This document shows, piece by piece, positions 1 to 13,400 of a stretch of DNA of 64,000 nucleotides. The DNA is from Fonticula alba ATCC 38817 (taxonomy: Eukaryota > Protista > Nucleariida), in the NCBI GenBank assembly GCA_000388065.2, contig KB932204.1; one strand, written 5' to 3'. Every line of letters begins with the position of its first letter. Position 1 is the stretch's first letter. Below the pieces are notes generated by a model. That model was given only the letters and a program-made list of their open reading frames with translations, was not told where the DNA came from and did not search any database. The position numbers were made by a program, and so were the translations under genes.

Positions 1-304
1 GGGTCGCGGGGCCCAACATGCCTCCGTTGAAGGGGCTCTCGTGAATGGTGATTACATTCATCCTGGCGCCTTGGAGGGGGCGTGTGCGCCAGTACAGCTA
101 GGGGGCGGTCGGGGAGGGAGGGAGGGGGGGAGAGGGGGTGGGGGGGGGGGAGAGGGGAATGGATACGGCAAAGGCAGACGTATGACAGGAGAGAGCGAGA
201 GGGAGGGGCGACTCGGCATCTTGAGTGGATTTGCGAGGACCGGGGGGCACCGGTCCGCCGGCCGAAAAAAAAAAAGACACCCCTCACTAACCAAGCAGGC
301 CCCC

Positions 305-371
305 TCCGCCCAGCAGGCCACCCACCCGCCCAGCAGGCCACCCACCCGCCCAGCAGGCCACCCACCCGCCC
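305..371. repeat. 20-bp tandem repeat (CCGCCCAGCAGGCCACCCAC) x ~3.3
   Basis: Exact 20-nt periodicity read directly from the sequence. Confidence 0.9.
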
Positions 372-885
372 GCTCCAACCTGGGGGGAAAAGAGAACGGG
401 GACAGACAGACCGTGAGAGAGAGGGGGAGAGAAAGAGGTCAATCCTCGCGATGAGCGCGCACGAGAAGGCCCACAGCCGGACAAATATACCAGCAGGTCT
501 CCCATCCTCTTCGAAAGCCCAAGACCATATCCTATCTTTGTTCTTGGCCACAATGATGGCTACACAACTGGGCTGGCTACAATACCATCGGAGCCCATGG
601 CAGCAACGAGGTGAAAGGGGGATGCTGGTGGAGAAAGCCCGGCATCCACACCGGCCGGGGGGGAATTCCGCAGGGCGTTTGTTCTGCAGCGGATGGAGAA
701 GGGAAGGGGGGGGGGGGGGGAAGAGGGCCAGGATCGTTTCAAGATCGAGCCACCCCGTTTGAGGTCTTGGCGCCCCCCCCCCCCCCACCAGTGCAAGTGT
801 CTTCTGCCGGCTAGACGCCAGGTGTACTTTCAAGTGAAGATGGAAACCGGCCCTGCGGCAATCCTTACACCCTCCCTTTCTCTCT

Positions 886-970
886 CACACGCATGCACGC
901 ACGCACGCGCATGCACGCACACACGCGCACACGCGCACGCACACACACATCAAGCACGCACGCGCGCAAA
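886..970. repeat. Alternating purine-pyrimidine (CA/CG/CACG) microsatellite
   Basis: cacacgcatgcacgcacgcacgcgc... tract. Confidence 0.85.
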
Positions 971-2702
971 AGCATGGAGTGGGCAGTTGGGGGCATTGCT
1001 TGAACGCGGGCCACGCATGTCGGGCCCCGCTAGCGCGAGTTGTGCGAACGGGGCCAGGGGCCGAGGGAGTTACATAGCCACAGAAATCCGGCGATTGACG
1101 CTCGGCTGACCGGACAGACACAGTGGAGATGCGCTCCCCCGGCTCTGCCTCGCATTGACGGGGAGGAAGGGCCCGAGCCTGGAGGCGCCGTTCCCTGGCG
1201 GGCCCCGGTCACGGCGGGCCAGAGAAGGAGGACATGGTACCTGGCCCGACACGCCGGGCCCCCCCCCCCCCCTTCGGAGGGAGAAATGATAACAAACTGG
1301 TAGACGCCAGAAAAAAATACCAGGAAAACTGAGCCCCAGGCACCCTTTCTCTGGACGGGGGGCCGGCGCGCGGTCCAGCCCCTGGCGGCCCGGAACACCC
1401 CCGGTTGTCAGTATAAGGCCAGACATCCTTTCCCCGGCCGAGGGGAGAGGGGCTCCGGATCAAGCACCCGGGCCGGAACTGCATGACCGCGACACTTACG
1501 GCACACAGCTAGGGAAAGGCCCATCCCACACGGATCTGCCGGCCGCGGAGGGGTTCCCTCGCTGGGGCAGATCAGCACGGTTGTCGGGCGCGAGGGCAGG
1601 GGGGGGAGGGGCGGCAAGGGCAGATGCGCAATCTCCGTGCGTAGCGCGCACATACGCGCACGCGGGCGTACCGGTGGAATGCTCTCGGAGAAGATCCAGC
1701 CCAGCCCACGCCTGACTGGGCCGAAGGCCCCCCCCCCCCCCCCCCCGCGGGAGTGGCGGCCCCGATTGTGCCGGAGCAGGGCCTCTTCCCGAAGGGACGG
1801 GGCCGGGCGCGCGAGCGGAACCGCGGCCCCGAGCCCCCGGGAGCCTGGCTCGCCCCTCCGGGGGTGCCAGGGCGAGCTCGTGCCAGCGCTGACAACCTGG
1901 CAAACACCCCCCTCCCCCCCCCTCCGGCCCGAGTTACATTGTGTTGTCCTCGGAAGCTGGGCTCGACCAAACGAGTCACAGGTTTCTCTCGGACCCGAGC
2001 ACGGGCGCAACCGGGGGGGCGGCACCCCCCGCATCCTCCCTCGCTCCGTCCGGGGGGGGGGGGGGGGCGGGGCAGCTGCTGGTCAAGTGTGAGATCGATG
2101 CCATCCCTCTCCGGGTGCGGGGGTCCGGTGGGGGGACTCCAGTCAGATGTGAGTTGGGGCGGAGGGAGGGGGGCCAGAAGCAAGAAGTAATCGTGGGCAG
2201 TACGGCAGGGAGCCCGATAGCCGGGCGTCTTGGCCCGTCTCCCGGGGGGGGGGGGGCGGGGGCAGGAACAGCCAGCCTCGCAAGGCAGCCCATCTCGTCT
2301 CCGCCCCCGCCTTGGCCTCACTTTCGGGATGCGAAATTCACTTTTCCGATTTTGGACGATCGCCGTCTCCACACGCGCACACGCGCCCTCCCCCATGGCT
2401 CACCCCTGAGACCGACGCGTGTCGGCGACATCCATGAAAAGCTCCCCCGCGCCGAGGGAGCGACAAGGCAGGGGGGAGCCACCGGCAGGACGGCGCGCCC
2501 AACAGGCAGGGGCCTGGGACCCCAGCCAGGGGCTCCTGCGTTGGCTGCTCGCGTTCTTGGCACGCACACTTGGTTCTGACGGGACAGAGGCGTGACCGCG
2601 TGATTACGGTTCTGTAGTAGCAGCTTCGGTTCATGGCCATACGACAACGGGGAGATCGTCGAAGGCGCAGGAAGGGAGGAGGCTGACAAAAGAAAGAGCA
2701 CA

Positions 2703-2808
2703 GACACACACACGTACACACGTACACACACGTACACACACGCACACACACACACACACACACACGCACACACACACACACACACGCACACACACGCGCG
2801 CGCGCACA
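2703..2808. repeat. (CA)n microsatellite, imperfect
   Basis: About 100 bp of CA repeats with occasional CG/TA interruptions. Confidence 0.9.
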
Positions 2809-3147
2809 CAGGCCAAAGATGGTGAGCACAGACTCCCCGTCCAAACGCAGAGAAGGTGTGGGAGATTCTATTGTATTGTGGGAGAGGGAGAGGAAGGAGG
2901 ACATATTTCTGCTTTTTTTTTCTTCTTTTTCTTTCGGGGCAGCGAGGGGCAAGAGGGGAAGGGATTGCTTGCTCGGGACCTGTGCGGCCTCGCGGGCGGA
3001 TGCACTATAGCCCCTCGCTCGCGGGAAGGGCTCCTGGGAAAGGGGAAGGGAGAAGGCGAAAGAAGGAGCGAGGGAGAATGCAGGAGCGAGGAAGGGATAG
3101 ACTGGCCCAGAGGAGGAACGCAGAGGACACACCACACGACCCGGCTC

Positions 3148-3204
3148 TTACCGGCGTGCACGATCGCGGCCGCGGCCACGGCTCCGGCTCCGGCTGCCAC
3201 TGTC

Positions 3205-3260
<56 letters not shown>

Positions 3261-4407
3261 TGCCACTGTCGCTCCGGCTCCGACTACGACTGCCGCTGTG
3301 GCTGCGGCCCCGACTCCGGCTCCGGCTGCGGGTATCATCATCACTACGGCTCCGACTGCCACTATCACTGCGACTGCGGCTGCGGCTGCGGCTGCTGCTA
3401 CGACCACGAGAGCGCTTTGTGGGGGGCGAAGAGGCGGCCGGGCGATCGGGCGAAGGGCTTCGGCTGCGGGGGCGCCGGTTGGATGTCGGAGAGTCGGGGG
3501 GGATGGCTTGCTGTTGGGGGCGCGCTCCGGCGTGGCGCTTGGCAGTCGAATCGTCGCGGTCAGTGGCCGGGTCGACCGGACGCTTACGGCTGGAAGCCGG
3601 CGACCGAGAGCGCGACCGACTGGAAGAGCCCACATGCGATCGCCGGGGGGAGAGAAGCTCCGACTCGCTGACGGGCGAGGGGGAGCGCTTGCTCGGGCCG
3701 ACGGCCGACGAGGAGGCGGCACGCTTGTCCGAGGATCTGCTCTTCGAGGGCCGCGCATCGTCAGACTCCGAGCCGGAGTCCGAGCCGGAGTCGTAGGAGT
3801 CGTAGGAGTCGTAGGAGTCGTAGGAGTCGTAGGAGTCGTAGGAGTCATAGGAGTCGTAGGAATCGTAGGAGTCATAGGAATCGTATGAATCGTAGGAGTC
3901 ATAGGGATCAGGTGAGGAAGTGCGTCGGCCGGTCGACTTTGCCTTCTTCTTCGATGGGGACTCGAGGTCCACATCCTTCAGGACGGAAGTCACAGCGGCC
4001 GACCTGGCCCGGTGAGAGGGGAAAAAAAGAGGGGCAGGGTCCAGCGGAAGGAAGGGAACAGCAGGCGAGAGCCAAGGGTGGAGCACGAGGAAAGGGCAGC
4101 ATGTCAGATCCTGCACATGCGGGCACTTGGGCAAATGGCGAGGAGCCAGCCCCTGCACGCACCGGTCAGCCTCGAGATCGGGCGGGCGCTCCTCGGTCAG
4201 CGGACGCCCAAGACCATGGATGTCGCCGGCGGCACGCATGCGCAGGCGCTCGGAAGCCGAGGGCCGAGCCTTGTAGCTGGGCGTGGAGCCGGGCTTCTGG
4301 CGGCAATCATACGTCCAGTGCCCGGACTCGAAGCAACGCTGGCACTGTGCGTTCTGGTCGCGGGACTGGTAGCCAAGGCCGGGGCTGGAACTGTTGGCCT
4401 TGGCCAT
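3148..4407 (-). CDS. ZCCHC10: ZCCHC10-like zinc knuckle protein with SYD repeats and Ser/Arg-rich C-terminus; 2 exons (4407-4163, 4003-3148)
   Basis: QCQRCFESGHWTYDC followed by YKARPS matches the ZCCHC10-type CCHC knuckle. In-frame 159-nt intron GTGCGT...CAG at 4162-4004. RS dipeptide tail. Confidence 0.8.
3791..3907 (-). repeat. 9-bp coding tandem repeat, ~13 units, encoding (S/P)YD
   Basis: tcgtaggag units with synonymous variants (tcatag, gaa, tatgaa). Confidence 0.95.
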
Positions 4408-6353
4408 CCTTCATTGGCGCAGAGCGGGAAATGGGAAGGGAGGGAGCAGGCAGGCAGGCAGGCGGAGCGGGAAATGGTCAGTCCCGACAGGAGGCGACAA
4501 TGCAAGGGATGCCATTGAGGACGTACGAGGGCCGGGACCGGCGGAAAAGCTGCTCCAGAGAGGGAGCGCTCCGCCCCTGGCCGAAGGGGGAGGAGTATGG
4601 GCGGTTGGACATCGCCGTTTTGGTTGCCGCGAAAGTCGAGAGAGAGAGAGAGAGAGAGAGAAGGGACGGAGAAGAGGGGGGGAGAGGGAGGGAGGGAAGG
4701 GGGAAGGGCGCGGCAACAAGGCAGGGAAGGACGGGGTGTGGACCGTGTGGAAGGGCAGGTGCCCGTGCGGGGGGGGCCTTTGGCATTCAACGACCGGAAT
4801 GGCTGGCATGACTCCAGGTGGTGAGTGTCATCGTCCCGGACGCAAGTGGTCCGGAGGGCCCCGGGGGCGGGCTCCCCTCGGCGCGGATCGCAGCATGCCG
4901 CACGGAAGCCATCAGGAACGGGAGCCCAGGGGGGTGCAGGGGGGGCAGCGGCCGGAGAACGAGCCGCAGGCGTGCAACGGCCAAGGAGCCGCGCGCCAGC
5001 GCGGGAGTTTGCGCATGTGATGCGGGTCACTGGGTGTGCGCGCTGCGGCGGCACTTGAAGGGGTTGCAATCATATATTCGCGTTAATATTCAGGATCCCT
5101 TTTTCGGTGTGCAGGGTTTGCCTATGGGCCATAAGGAAAAAGGGGACTTCAGCCCCCCCCCCCCCGCTTTGGGTGTGTGTGTGTGTGTGTGAACGTGTGT
5201 GCACCCTGTTCGCTCGGTCGCTGGGCCATTCTCGGCAACGCTGCCAGGCTATCCCGGCGCCTGTGGAGCATTTGCGCCTGCATCCACGCCGGCAAAGTGA
5301 GAACCGCTGGAGGAGCCCGAGCCCGTGTCCCCCGGCGGGACGCCACGTCGGCAAGCCTGTCCTCCGGGTGATCGAGCAGACTGACCTCTCTCTGGGTGGG
5401 AAAGGCAAGCCCTGGATGCCCGGACAGGAGGGAGCGGCGGGGGGGGGGGGGGGGGGGGGGGGGGCACGCGGCCCCAGCTTGATGTGTGCGTGACCGCGCT
5501 CCGGTGCCTTGCAGGGGCCTGGGGCTCGAGCCCTGCTTTTGGCCCCGCACAGGCAGAAGCAGGAAATGAGTGCGCAACATTGCGCGCGGCCGGTCATCCC
5601 CAGCCATCTCCATATGTCTCTTGGGGGGCGGGGGGGGGAGGGGGGGGCGGACCTCGTAGGGGCTAGCGTTGGCCATCCCCGTTGAGGGTTTAACAGTCGT
5701 GGTCGCTCGACACTGGCTGATTGCCCGTGGCCGGGAAAGGGGTCCCCTCCGGGCCGCGCTCTATCATTTGCACCCACGCATGAGCATTTTAGTTGGTTGC
5801 TTGAATGCGCCAGCTGCGGCTATCCTCGCATCCGTGCTGGTGGGAAGGGCGCCGTCTTTCTTCCGGGGGGTGTGTCACGCTTCCGCGAGGGAAACTGTCC
5901 CACGCCGCGCCAACTGCGGCGGCGGCGGCCAGACTGGCGGGTCGCGGTGAATATTTTTCGTCCTGATTCCCGAAAGAAGGCACCCCTCTTGTTCGCTGCG
6001 CTGATTCGAAACTATACGCGTGAACATGGGGATGGCGTGTGGCCTGGGTGGCGCGGGGGGGGGGGGGGCGACGGTGGTTCTCTCTCCCTCCACAGGGCAG
6101 AACCCTTCCGTCATGCTGGCATCCGCGTGCGCGTCCGAGACGCGATCACACCGCGCATGTCCCCCTGCTCTTGCGTCGAATCGAGGCAGGGGGGCATCCT
6201 CCCAAATAATGCCCGCCGGAGGCTGATGAGCGGCCCTTTCGGTGGGCTCTTTTTTTGCAAGATTGCCCACCCAATACCCCCCCCCCTACCCCCCCCCTGT
6301 CCTTGAGTTTCTTGCGCACCTCGCTCCCCGCCCCCTTGCCCCCTTCCTGCAGG

Positions 6354-9300
6354 ATGCCACCCATGCGGAAGCCCTCAGGCCCGGCCGCCGGCGCCGGCCC
6401 CGGCACGACGCCTGCCAAAGACAAACAGCGCCTACCTCAGCCGAAAGACGCCCTCAAGCAGCTTGTCGCCTTCTTGGAGCCGGCCCCCTTACTGTCTGAG
6501 GGCGAGCCCGCTCACCAATGCATTGTCTGCACCAAGGCGATTGGCCTCTTCGTCGTGGGCTCCTGTGGCCATCGCCTGGCCTGTCATACTTGTGTCATCC
6601 GTTTCCGGTTCCTCTGCAAGAAGAAGAAGTGCCTGGTGTGCAATGTACGCGCNNNNNNNNNNNNNNNNNNNNNNNNNNNNNNNNNNNNNNNNNNNNNNNN
6701 NNNNNNNNNNNNNNNNNNNNNNNNNNNNNNNNNNNNNNNNNNNNNNNNNNNNNNNNNNNNNNNNNNNNNNNNNNNNNNNNNNNNNNNNNNNNNNNNNNNN
6801 NNNNNNNNNNNNNNNNNNNNNNNNNNNNNNNNNNNNNNNNNNNNNNNNNNNNNNNNNNNNNNNNNNNNNNNNNNNNNNNNNNNNNNNNNNNNNNNNNNNN
6901 NNNNNNNNNGCACCCGCGCACCCGAGCACATATGCACACATGCGCGCACCTCTTTTGCCCCTCTTCCGCAGCCTCCCCCCGGCCTCTTTTTCCTGACTCA
7001 TTATCTCCCCCCTTCGGCTTGGTCGCCCTGATGCACTCAGATCGATCTGGACGAAGTTTACTTGACAGCCAGCGAAACCGCCTCGACCGAGGAGCTGTGC
7101 CAGCTGGCGAACACCGTTCCGATGCCCGAGCCCCTGGTCGCTGTTGCCGATGGAATCCGCTGCACCGACCCCAGCCAGGTGCCCCCCTTGCAGACGATGC
7201 TTGGCTATGTGTGCCCGGTTGATGGCCATGCGTTCACCAATCGCAAGGCCTTGCTGGCGCATGTTGTCAACGCCCACGGGCGGTCCTTTTGGTATGTCGC
7301 TGGCTCGGTTCCCTCCTGCCCGCTCAGGGGTGCATGGAGACCCGGCAGCCGGAGCCGAGTCTTGTGCCATCGCTTCCCTGGCACTGCCCAATCCCGCACA
7401 TCCCTGCTTCCGCATTCTGAGGTCGACACCCGTTGTGTGTCGTATCTATGACGAACAGCTTCTTACCCATGTTCCCTACACACGGCTGCTGCGCGTGCCG
7501 GTGCACCATGCGGTCCGTCTTCCCGCCCTGCACGGTGTACCTCCCCACCTTCCTTCGCGCGTGTGCCCTCTCTCTCTCTCTCCCCCCCCCCCCCCTCCTT
7601 GCCCTCGCACCGAGTGGCTCTCTCTCTCTCTCGCGCCCTCTCATCCCATGGACCTCGAGTTCTGCAAGAACAGCCCAAATGGCCTCTTCACCGANNNNNN
7701 NNNNNNNNNNNNNNNNNNNNNNNNNNNNNNNNNNNNNNNNNNNNNNNNNNNNNNNNNNNNNNNNNNNNNNNNNNNNNNNNNNNNNNNNNNNNNNNNNNNN
7801 NNNNNNNNNNNNNNNNNNNNNNNNNNNNNNNNNNNNNNNNNNNNNNNNNNNNNNNNNNNNNNNNNNNNNNNNNNNNNNNNNNNNNNNNNNNNNNNNNNNN
7901 NNNNNNNNNNNNNNNNNNNNNNNNNNNNNNNNNNNNNNNNNNNNNNNNNNNNNNNNNNNNNNNNNNNNNNNNNNNNNNNNNNNNNNNNNNNNNNNNNNNN
8001 NNNNNNNNNNNNNNNNNNNNNNNNNNNNNNNNNNNNNNNNNNNNNNNNNNNNNNNNNNNNNNNNNNNNNNNNNNNNNNNNNNNNNNNNNNNNNNNNNNNN
8101 NNNNNNNNNNNNNNNNNNNNNNNNNNNNNNNNNNNNNNNNNNNNNNNNNNNNNNNNNNNNNNNNNNNNNNNNNNNNNNNNNNNNNNNNNNNNNNNNNNNN
8201 NNNNNNNNNNNNNNNNNNNNNNNNNNNNNNNNNNNNNNNNNNNNNNNNNNNNNNNNNNNNNNNNNNNNNNNNNNNNNNNNNNNNNNNNNNNNNNNNNNNN
8301 NNNNNNNNNNNNNNNNNNNNNNNNNNNNNNNNNNNNNNNNNNNNNNNNNNNNNNNNNNNNCTCGCTCGCTCGCTCGCTCGCTCCCATGCACAAATGCACA
8401 CCCACATGCCGGCTCGCTGTGCACCCCACTGACATCGCTGATGCTCTGCACAGGCCATGTCCCACCCGGACATCCTCGTTCGCCCGGCCGACATGCGGAG
8501 CTATCGCCTGTCCGGGCCTCGGGGATTGAGTTCCAGCAGCACAAGTCGCCGGTCGGCTGGGAGTGGCATTTACTTTGCCCCGTCCGGCACGGCCCTGGCC
8601 ACGGCCAATCCGCCGGGGTCTACCGAGATTGCGATGGAGCGGGTGCGGATCTCCCGGCCGGAGAATGCGGCAGCCGGCGCCGAGGCGGCCGGCTCCACCG
8701 CGACAGGCGCCCAACGGAGCAGGGCAAACAAGCCCTCTCGCGGGCCCACCTACTGGTCGGATTTGGCATCTTCCAGCGGGCGAATCACCGGCATCGGGGC
8801 CTCGGTGGATACCAGCCGCGGATCGGGCAACTTCCCTTCCCTGGCGGATGTCCATGCGTCGAGTGCCGGCGCGGCCGCGGCCGCCGCGGCTCCTCCTCGG
8901 CCACCGGTGTCCGTTCTGCGGGCACAGCGCGCCGCGTCGGCGGCCGCCGTTGCCTCGGGCGCCGCGTCGGTGCGGTCTTCCTCGGCCGCTGCCAATTCCT
9001 CGGCCTCCGAGCGCATGGTCACCCTGCGGCCAGCCCGGCGAACCGTGTCAACCGGCTCGTCGCCGGCCCTGGCGCGCATGGTCAACCAGGCGGCCTCGGC
9101 GTCGGGCACCGCCGCCGGACGTGGGGCCTCCCCGGCCGCCCCGGACACCTCCTCCATGCGTGTCCTGACGCCGGCCCAGCTGCCGGCGCGGCCGGCCGCC
9201 CCGACCCCGGCCGCCGCCCCAGCGCCCTATTCGGTGGTCGGACGCGGGGCGGCTTCCGTGGCGGCGTCCCCTCCCCTGCAGTCGACCTCGCGCCAGGCGC

Positions 9301-9755
9301 GCAACCGGGCCGTGCCCCTGTCGGTGGCCTTGTCGGCCCCGGCGGCGGTCGGCGCGCCATGGTCGGCGGCTGCCACGCCGGCCATTTCCTCGACCAGCGC
9401 CTCGACCTCGACCAGCGCCGGTCGGCCGGGCGCGGCTGCTCGATCGAGCCCTGCCGCCTCTCTCGATGACTTTGCTCCCCTCTCGGCGGTGTATGCCTCC
9501 CCGACTCCGGAGCCCCCGGCTGCCAACAATTCCCGGCGCAAGGCTGGCCAACCGGCCGCGGCGAATGCCGGCCAACCGGCCCCGCGCCGAGTGCTCCGGA
9601 TTGTGTCGACCCCGGGCCGCCGCGATGCCCTGGTCAATCGCGCTGCGCGCACGGACTCCGACCTGACTGGTAGCCTGGCGGTCAAGCGCTGCCCCCAGTG
9701 CTCCTGGTCCGGGCTAGCGCGCGACTTCCACACCCATGAGATGTCCCACTTCTGA
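6354..9755 (+). CDS. ZNF598: ZNF598/Hel2-like RING and C2H2 E3 ubiquitin ligase (ribosome quality control); multi-exon, interrupted by two N-gaps
   Basis: RING CIVC...SCGHRLACHTCVIRFRFLCKKKKCLVC. Zinc-finger-like VCPVDGHAF...HVVNAH. Long Ala/Ser/Pro low-complexity region. C-terminal CPQC...HEMSHF. The start and internal exons are uncertain because of the gaps. Confidence 0.72.
6653..6909. other. Assembly gap (N run)
   Basis: N characters. Confidence 1.
7695..8360. other. Assembly gap (N run)
   Basis: N characters. Confidence 1.
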
Positions 9756-9807
9756 GGGAACCCCCTCCTTCTTCTCCCCTCCTCGCTCCTCCCTTCCCAT
9801 CTCGCTG

Positions 9808-9843
<36 letters not shown>

Positions 9844-10417
9844 TTCAGATCCGCGTGTGTCCCGCCTCGCGCGTCTTTCTCCCTCTCACATCCCGGGGCT
9901 GCGTCGCATGTGAGGGCACGCGTGCGTGTGTCTGCGTCTCAGCAGGCGCCACACTAGCACATATGCCCTTGTGTGCTTTTCTCCGACACCCTCCTTGCTA
10001 TCCTCTGGCAAACACCAATAGAACACTAGAAAATGCCCATCCGTTGGTAGCCGGTCGTTACTTTTTAAACTCCTGCGTGCCATGCCGCGCCGCGATCTTG
10101 CCCGTCCCCCCGGCATTGGGGGGCTCCCTGCCGTCACGCGCCGCGGGCTATCGCCGGCTTTCTTGCTTGGTGCTGGGTCTCGGGCTCGGGCAGGGTAATG
10201 TCAATTCTAAGAGCAGAAGGTCTGGAATGGACGGAGTCCCTGCTCTATACACTATCCCTTCCTCCCTTCCCTCCTTCTGTCTCTCTTTCTTCCCCCCCCC
10301 CCCGCCCCTCTGTCTCTGCTTCTCCTTCCTGGTATTTCGTTACATTCCTCCCTTTGTGCCACATCCTCCTCCTCGGGTCCCCCTTGCCTGTGTGGCTTTC
10401 TCTCTTCCGCCAGCAAC

Positions 10418-13400
10418 ATGGGCTCGTCCCCGGTGGATGTCCACTTCTCGGACCTGGTCAAGTCTCCTGGGGACTCGGGGCCCAGCGCCGAGCCCACCCG
10501 GGACACGGGCTCGACTTCGCTGTCGGCAATGAGGGATGACGACTTTCCCATGTCGGACTTCGAGATGGATGACATGCACTTCGATGAGATGTTCGACATC
10601 CCCGACATCAATGGACCTGACGTCGGCGCCGGCGGGCCCGTTGATGTTGATGCCATCTTGGATGAGCTGGGCTTCCTCTTTGAGGGCGACGAGGAGGGTG
10701 CTCGCTCGGCCCCGGGCCCGGTGCCTGTGTCGCACCCTGGGGCGCCGCGTGTGCCGGACACCTTCACCCTCGTGGCCATGGGTCAAACGGCCAGCTCGCC
10801 CGGTGTTGCCCTCGCTGGCGGAATTGCCCATGTCATGCCCCCGGCAACGATCGCCGGACCCAAGGCTCCGACGCATGCGGAGTCTTCGTGCGTCCCGCGC
10901 GCTGTGGGGCGCGGCGCCAAGTCCTTCGGCACTGGTGGCCTGGCGGATCCGGTGTCCTGGTCTCGAATCCCGAGCATGGAAAGCTCCCTGAGCGATGGTC
11001 GACTGTCAGTTCGCCTGGAGCCCGGCACATTCAGCCAGCCCCTTCGCTGCCCTCGGTCCGGCGTCACGGTCTTTGTGGGCCTGGGCCGTCGAAATGGCCC
11101 TGCCGATGGGCCGGCGCCGTCGGGCAACGCGTCGGATCTCGGCGTCGCGGCCCTTGCATCCACCTTCGCACGGGGCCTGGCCCGGCTGTCCGCCACATCG
11201 GAGCACCTCCAGGGGGTCTGGCCCCTGCCATCGGCTCCGCTGGCCGTGCAGCACTTGCTTCTCTCCTCCAAGCATTTTGCGGAGGCCGACAAAGATGACG
11301 AGCACCCGGGCTCGCGCACGGCCCCGCTCCTTGGCGAGCCGATGGCTGTCCTTCGCCGTCGAGCCGAAGTCCTCCTGGCGACCGGTCGTGCACAGGCCGC
11401 CGAGTTGGCGGCCCCGGCCGGGGCCCAGCTTGCCCCGGCCGGGGGTGTGCTCCTGACCGAGCGCTATGCACCGCGGACCTTCATCGAGCTGCTGTCCGAC
11501 GACCGGTCCAATCGCCGGGTGGTCTCCTGGATCCGGGCATGGGATTCGGCGGTCTTTGGGACGCCGGCCCCGCGCCGGGGCCCCTCCTCGAGCGCCAGCG
11601 CAATTGGCGTCGGTGACCAGGGCGAGGCCGGGCCGCTGGACGCCCTCGGCCGTCCATCCAAGCGCGTGCGTCTTCCCCTTCCCCCCCCCCCCTCCCAATC
11701 TTTCTTCCCTTCGGCCGTTGTGCTTGTCGCCAAGTGGGCTTTTTTCCTTCTCTTTGCCGGCCCACCTGCCTGGCCTCCTGCTCTCTTCTCACAGGCCCGT
11801 GCCATTGCGAGGTGTAGATGCTCCTTCTGAGCGGCCCTCCCGGTGTCGGTAAAACCACGCTGGCCATGCTGGCAGCTCGGATGGCCGGCTACCAGCCGAT
11901 CCTGATCAATGCCTCGGAGGACCGGTCGCCGGCCGAGCTGCGCGAGCTTATCCTGGCATCGTCGGAGAACCACACGCTTGCCGCCCAGGCCGGTGGCTTT
12001 GGCCTGGCAGCCGGGGGTCTGCCCAATTTGGTGATTGTCGACGAGTGCGACGGGCTCTTTGGCGGTGGCGCCGGGGGTGGCGGCGGCGGCGCGGGCAGTG
12101 GCGGTGGGGCATACAGCGCCATGGAGTCCCTGCTGGCGATCTTCCGCGAGGATGGTGCCCGGGAGCGAGCCCCTGGCAAGCGCCGGGCACGCATCCTCCG
12201 CCGGCCGGTCCTCTTTGTGTGCAATGATCCATATGTGCCGGTTTTGCGGTCCCTCCGTCGGGAGGCATTGCATGTGGCCGTCCCGCCGACGGCCTTCAGC
12301 CGCGTGGCCCGGCGTCTGTCGACCATTTGCGCGCAGGAGGGTCTGCCAGCCGACGCGGCGGCGCTGATGCTGCTCGCCGAGCGCGAGGGCGCCGATCTGC
12401 GCGGCTGCCTGAATGTCCTGCAGTTGGCCCTGGCACAGCGCCGGCTTCAGGCGGCGACAGCGCACGGGGCGCCCGGGTGGCGTCTCTCTCCGGCGGCCAT
12501 GCGCCAGCTGCTGGAATCGAGCCGACGCGACACGAGCACCTCCCTTCCGAAGGTCCTGCGGGCGGTGTTCACCCTGCCGGGTGGCTCCGGCTCCGGCTCC
12601 GGCCACCGGTCTCTTGGGGATTTGCTGGACCTTCTGCTGATGGCGGACTCAGATCGGAAGAGCGTCGTGCGGTGTTCACCCTGCCGGGTGGCTCCGGCTC
12701 CGGCTCCGGCCACCGGTCTCTTGGGGATTTGCTGGACCTTCTGCTGATGGCGGACTCGGACCCGGAGCGTCTCCTGGACGCGTGCTTTGTCAGTTACGCC
12801 GGGTGCCGAGCGCCGGACGCCGTGGTCGACCGGGGGTTCGGCTCCGCCCGGGGGAGTGCCTCTCTGGGGGATTGGTTGCACTATTTCGAACGGGTGCGCC
12901 GCGTGTCAGCCGGCGTCGACGCCGGCGGATCCACCTACCCGGCCTTGGCGGTGGCAGCCTTCCATTATGTGTGCGCCGTGCCGGGGTCCCTGGCCGGGGG
13001 CATGTCGCTGTCTTGGCCGGCGCGCTTCCCGCTCGAGGCGCCGGTGACCGGCCGAGCGGCCGAGTTGCGTGATGTCGCGGCTGTCTGCGCCGCCGCCGCC
13101 GGGCCCGCATTGCGCTTCCCAATCCAGGCTGAGGGGGCCTTCTTGTTGGATTATTTGTCCTTCTTGCCGGCGCTGCTTGCGCCCCCGAGCCGGCCTGTGC
13201 GTGTGCTGTCTGCTCTGCGTGTTTGTGTTTTTTTTTTGCCTGTCTTTTGGTCGCCCTTATCCCCTCGGTCCAACCTCACGCCCTTTTTTTCGCTGTGCCT
13301 TTTTTTTTTCCTCGCTTGACGCAGGGGGTCCTGGCGGCCGGTGCCGTTTCCGGTCGCGATCGCGGCCGGACACAGCGCCTGGCCGAAACCTTCCTGACCT

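Noticed and set aside
3176-3410. Cys/His-rich plus-strand ORF (GSGCHCRS...) resembling a metallothionein
   Set aside because: It is the antisense reading of the RS-repeat region of the ZCCHC10-like gene.
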